Assembly: GCA_009602725.1 (NCBI GenBank)
Contig: WELB01000009.1
Location: forward strand, 561,028-606,080
Length of the DNA: 45,053 bases
Origin: Spirogloea muscicola
Lineage: Eukaryota
Direction: 5' to 3'
Below the pieces are notes generated by a model. The model had not been told where the DNA came from. It worked only from the letters and a program-made list of their open reading frames with translations, and did no database searches. Numbering within the stretch: the stretch's first letter is position 1; each line of letters begins with the position of its first letter. Positions 40,623-45,053 of this stretch are shown here, piece by piece. The translations under genes and the position numbers were made by a program.

Positions 40623-40750
40623 TGTTTTACCATAGCATCCTCAGGCCCCTTTGTAGCTGCTCACCGCTCTTAGGCCCCTCTGAACCTTTGTGATTTCTTT
40701 TTGGGCTGGCTTTTCGCAGCCCTTGCCCCCATTGGGAGTGCCACTTCTTC
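40623..40750 (+). mobile_element. CRE-like 3'UTR copy, near-identical to the reverse complement of 44148-44275
   Basis: TGTTTTACCATAGCATCCTCAGG..TTTTTGGGCTGGCTTTTCGCAGCCCTTGCCCCCATTGGGAGTGCCACTTCTTC. Confidence 0.75.
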
Positions 40751-41764
40751 CAATAAGTGCTAAGACGGCAGAAGCGGATTGAACAAAAGGAAAGGGACGA
40801 AGTTGCTGACGGCGTGGTGGGCGCCGTCCCGAGCAGGGGGGTCAAACGGGGTCAGCGCGCTGGCAACTTCGCGGCCCCGTCAACGCCGCGGGCGCTGGTT
40901 GACGCGCTTCCACTGCCGTCGGATCCGAGGATCGTCGGTCGCAAGCCCCCCCCCCGGCCCGCCCTGCGGAAGCTTCCCCCGGTGGGAGGTGGCCATTGTC
41001 GGCTTTCGGGAGGCCGCCAAGAGTGCCGCCTCTACTCCCCTCTCCCAGCCGCTCCTTCCCGACGATGTTTGTTCCTTTGGACTGGCCTCTCACGGAAAAC
41101 ATCAATGTGGGTCTCACAGCCATCGCCTCACATTGGCAGAGCTGTTTCGTTTCTCCGTAGACTAATTTCTCCTGACCTGCCAGCCCCTCTTCTCTTGCCA
41201 GCCCCTCTTCTCTATGGGCGAGCCCTTTCTGCTCACTAAGGGAGGTTGAGCACCCAGTAAATCACTTGAGTCGCTGCGTGCTTCAGCGCTTTTCTGGCTT
41301 CTTCTGAAAGTTTGCTATTCTTATTTTGGGCTAGAAGAGTTTTTCTCTTCTGGAAGAGAGAAACTCTACTGGAAGAGTTTCTCTCTTCTCCCTTCTTTCT
41401 TCCTCCGGACCTCCGCCTGCGGCGCCTCCTTCTGGCCCCCTTGCCTCGCCATCGCCAGAAGCTCCTGCTCTCGCAGAGCACTTGTGCAGCCGCTGTGCAC
41501 CTGCACCCTCCTCTCTCACTCCACAGGCTCGCCACCTCGCCGCCCAGCAGCTGCCGCGCAACGAGCGCGTCGCTGCAACTGGGCTCTGCGCCGCCGCTCG
41601 GCACCTGCCGCCACCGGGGCCCAGCGTGCCTTTCTCTGACTGCCGGCAGAGCCTTAAGAGGTGCGGCCAGCGCGCGGCCCGACGTGTATTGGAGAGCGAG
41701 CTCGTGGCGCTCGCCTGCTGCCACAGCGTCCTTGGGGCTGCAGCTGCTGCAGACGGCTGCATCC

Positions 41765-43073
41765 ATGAAGCTCCTGAGGGGCCTCATGGGCAAGATGTTC
41801 AAAGGGCACGACGACTCGGCCGGAACTTGCTCCGAGACGGTGTGCATTGCGCCTCCCCTTAACAGCACCGGCGACAGCACGGAGGACCCCGGCCCAGTGC
41901 TTCTGGAGCTCTTCACCTCGCAGGGCTGCAGGTTGGTATGGAGCACGGAATGCCTGCATTGCCAACTTCTGCTCCTGTATATGTCACCCCCTTATGAGCA
42001 CGTCACAATGATTCTTGTGTAAAGAGCACGGCGTTCTGACCTTGAGTTCAACATCGCATTTGCGCAGCTCCTGCCCGCCGGCTGACCACGTTTTGAGCAA
42101 GCTCGGTCGCGGGAGCTCCGCAGGCGTGCCAGTCATTGCGCTAGCGTACCACGTCGACTACTGGGACTACCTGGGCTGGAAGGATCCCTTTGGCAGCGCG
42201 CAGGCGAGTGACCGGCAGCGCGCCTATGGGAGGGCACTGAGCCAACGCAGCGTTTACACACCAGAGCTGGTGGTGCAGGTGCGTGCTGTCAAAGCCCTTG
42301 TTGAGCGAGCGCAGAAGTGGATGCAAGTTCACCTGATTCACTAGAAGCCTCACTCATGATAACCCCTACTCGAGCTTGAGAATCTGGAGTCCGAAGGATG
42401 ACTCCTTTGGATGGCCTACCGATGTGTGTGGGAGGCTCATGCCACAGTTGGGCTAGCAGGGTGCAGAACACTGCGTGGGCTCCAGCACCAAGCAGGTCGA
42501 GAACCTCATAAGCACAGCATCACGCTATCCTGCACCTGAGATTGAGGTGGGTTATGCCGCTGCACACTACAAGGAATCTGCCTCTTGCGCCAACTTTAGG
42601 TGGTCGAGATTATTGGCTCCTGTCACTTGCAGAGCTCACCCCTGCACTTGAGCAGCAAAGTCATCAGCCTCAGCACTCAGCTCGCAATTAATGTTGAATT
42701 GATGCGAGCGCAGGTTACTACTGAGCAACTTGAGACCATGCTTAGGATCACCCTCGTGGCTTCGACACCAGCTTGGATACGAGATGGGAAGCTTGGAACA
42801 ATCAGCGTCATGATTGCTCTCTATGAGAGCAAAAAGCAAACCAAATGCAGTCGGGGCGAGAACCGTGGCAAGAATCTCGTGAATGACTACGTTGTGCGGG
42901 ATCTCAAGCAAGCCTGCCAGCTGGCACCAGATGCTCGTGCCGCCAAGTCGGAGCTGCAATTTCCGCTGGCGCCTGGCACTAATCTCACCAATTGTGGCCT
43001 CGTCGTATTCCTCCAGGACCTGGCCACAATGCGAGTGTATGGCGTCAAAAGTGTCAATTTGACTGACGCGTAA
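41765..43073 (+). CDS. DUF1223 thioredoxin-like protein, 4 exons
   Basis: Exons ~41765-41930, ~42067-42278, ~42460-42546, ~42714-43073. Motifs VLLELFTSQGCS|SCPPAD, ALAYHVDYWDYLGWKDPF, RQRAY, VYTPELVV, RGENRGKNL.NDYVVR, VVFLQD. Confidence 0.92.
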
Positions 43074-43349
43074 GCTATGCTGTGTATTGTATTGGCACTT
43101 TGATCTGGCTTCGCTGAACTATGCATCATCAGAATCATGCTCTACGCAAGAAGTTGAAGCTCTCACAGTCCTCAGCGTCATGTAGTGGGTCAGAATAATC
43201 AAAAAACGAATGACCAGGTCCTGGGCTGTAGCGATTGTGCTCCCCTTGGCGCTCGCCAACCATAGGGCTGCTGCCCCCAGTTTGAGGTGGCTGTTAAGAG
43301 TGGGGCACCCTCTAGCAGTGAGGTGCATGGGGTTCTGTGGGGTGCCTTG

Positions 43350-44135
43350 TACATTCCTTTGGGCTGGCCTCTCACAGCCATTGCCGTAATCTGTAAAGCT
43401 GTTTCTTTCGACCCCTTCGAACCTTGTTTTCTATGCGCCTTCCAACCCTTTCTGACCTTATTTCATTCATTTCATGGGCTGGCCTCTCACAGCCGTCACC
43501 TTAATTTGGAGTAGCTGTTTCTGAATTCTTGGGCTGGTCTTTTGTGACCAATTCACTACTTTTTGTAGCCACTTCACTAACTTTCTTCCTTCAGGGAGAA
43601 TCCACTTGATTTCATGGTTAAGAGAAAGAATAGCTCGTTTGGATTGAGATGAATCGATAGCTCTGAGAGGCCAGCCCAAAAGTTTTGAACAAGGTCCGAA
43701 GAGGCCAAAGACGCAAGAACACAACAATATTACGCGTGACTTCTGAGAATGGACGCTCAATTACCTGTAGTTAATCAAATGCACATTGGAGTGATTAGGG
43801 GGTGGAAAAGCATTGCAGAGAGGGCGTACCTAGTCCCCTCAATGCGGGCCTCATTCACTCCAATGGGGAATGAAATAGACAGGGGACCCGCTACTCGGAG
43901 ACTAGATCCCTGACCTGCGGCTGCTCCACAGGGTATATGAGCTTGTCAATCCTTTTCGGGCTGGCTTCTCACAGCCCTTGCCCCCATTGGGAGAGCCACT
44001 TCTCATACGAGCACCCAGTGGCCACTTGAGTTGCAGTGTGCTTATCGCTTTTCTGGCCCCTTCGAGCTTTGTTCATTCTCTTTCTGGGCTGGCAGATCAC
44101 AGTCATCGCCCTTTCCTGGAAGAGTCTCGTTCTCG
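43350..44135. mobile_element. Cluster of short CRE-like 3'-end copies in both orientations
   Basis: GGGCTGGCCTCTCACAGCC at ~43361 and ~43476, a reverse copy at ~43660, GGGCTGGCTTCTCACAGCCC at ~43958 and GGGCTGGCAGATCACAGTC at ~44086. Confidence 0.65.
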
Positions 44136-44147
44136 TCATTTGGACTA

Positions 44148-44652
44148 GAAGAAGTGGCACTCCCAATGGGGGCAAGGGCTGCGAAAAGCCAGCCCAAAAA
44201 GAAATCACAAAGGTTCAGAAGGGCCTAAGAGCAGTGAGCAGCTACAGAAGGGCCTGAGGATGCTATGGTAAAACAGGGGGAGGATGGATCACTCAGTGAG
44301 TACGAGTGAGGAGCCTCAGATCCGACAGACTAGCTGCCGGGAAGCTATCACCCTGACGAAAACCAGAGCCCGCAGCGAGAGCACGGCCAGCTCGCAGATG
44401 CAGAGCGTGGGCCATGGACCGCTGCAGGGATACAGAGAGGCGCATCCGATAGACCTGAGCCCACGAGCCCGCGGCGTTTAAGTCGGCTGGCTCGCCGCGT
44501 CTGCGGGACACAGCACGCCGCGCAAGCCTGGCCAACAGGTCAAGCCACTGGGACCCAAGAGCCCCGTGCACGTCCACCGCCAAGGGGACGAACTCGTCGG
44601 CAGGTGGGTGGTCGGAGTGCTTGGCCGCCTTGCAGCGAGCGGCCTTCGACCC
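44148..44652 (-). mobile_element. 5'-truncated CRE-like copy: RLE segment, stop, 3'UTR and hairpin
   Basis: Minus frame GSKAARCKAAKHSDHPPADEFVPLAVDVHGALGSQWLDLLARLA..RLSVSLQRSMAHALHLRAGRALAAGS..LSDLRLLTRTH* (stop 44293-44295). Hairpin at 44176-44195; end GAAGAAG (plus strand) at 44148. Confidence 0.78.
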
Positions 44653-44770
44653 ACTTCCAGGACCCTAGCCTCTCTGATTTGCGGCTGCTTAGCAGGGGTT
44701 ACTGAGTGATTTGTAGCTGCTTTCTTTCTTTGTGTGCTTTGGTTTCTTAGCGCTTCCTCTGGCTTCCTCT

Positions 44771-45053
44771 GGCTCGGTGCTGGCGCCCACCAACGCCGCC
44801 ACGCGGGCGGCCCTGGACTCCCTGCACCCTCCGGCGCGCAACCCCCTACCCCCGTGGCTGGACACCTTCACCCCGCTGGAGGAGGTGGTCCTCGACGCCG
44901 ACGCCCTGCGGCAGGCCCTGCAGAGCAGCCGCCGCGCAGCCGCTGGAGGTCCTTCCCACATGCTCACCGAGCACCTCCGGGAAATCTTCTTGGAGGGGGA
45001 CGCTGCCGACTTCGCGGCGCTCCACCAGGTGTGCCAGCTCCTCGCCCGCGACC
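44771..45053 (+). mobile_element. Start of the reverse-transcriptase region (domain 0) of a CRE-like element, continuing beyond the window
   Basis: Open frame GSVLAPTNAATRAALDSLHPPARNPLPPW..LRQALQSSRRAAAGGPSHMLTEHLREI..LHQVCQLLARD. This fits the LAP..T...L..LHP and A.GPS....HL pattern preceding RT domain 1 in CRE-clade proteins. Confidence 0.7.

Noticed and set aside
40623..44275. 128-bp inverted repeats flanking the DUF1223 gene, suggesting a Pack-type or composite transposon
   Set aside because: The right repeat is simply the 3'UTR of the retroelement copy that continues to 44652, so these are two independent retro-ends in opposite orientation. No TSD or transposase is visible.

Overview
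GC-rich, intron-containing nuclear DNA of a green-lineage eukaryote. The plant-type gene families and TTTAGGG repeats point to a streptophyte alga (inference). The scaffold has three assembly gaps and visible Illumina artefacts. I can reconstruct eight spliced genes by eye: adenylate kinase (+); a giant secreted protein built as Pmp-like beta-helix / ~2100-aa extensin stalk / GDPH root-cap domain (+); an S10 serine carboxypeptidase (-); a MED26/TFIIS-N protein (+); a COG0523/CobW GTPase (-); a BODYGUARD-like alpha/beta hydrolase (-); a UBZ-zinc-finger + AlkB dioxygenase fusion (-); and a DUF1223 thioredoxin-like protein (+). Most intergenic DNA is debris of one RLE-type (CRE-like) non-LTR retrotransposon family. 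Its 3' terminal hairpin (GGGCTG-N7-8-CAGCC followed by a ..TTCTTC end) recurs about 20 times, often as head-to-tail arrays of very short copies, and one rearranged back-to-back junction occurs twice. A separate ~110-130 bp fold-back element with covarying arms lies upstream of two unrelated genes. All calls come from reading the sequence; no database searches were run.
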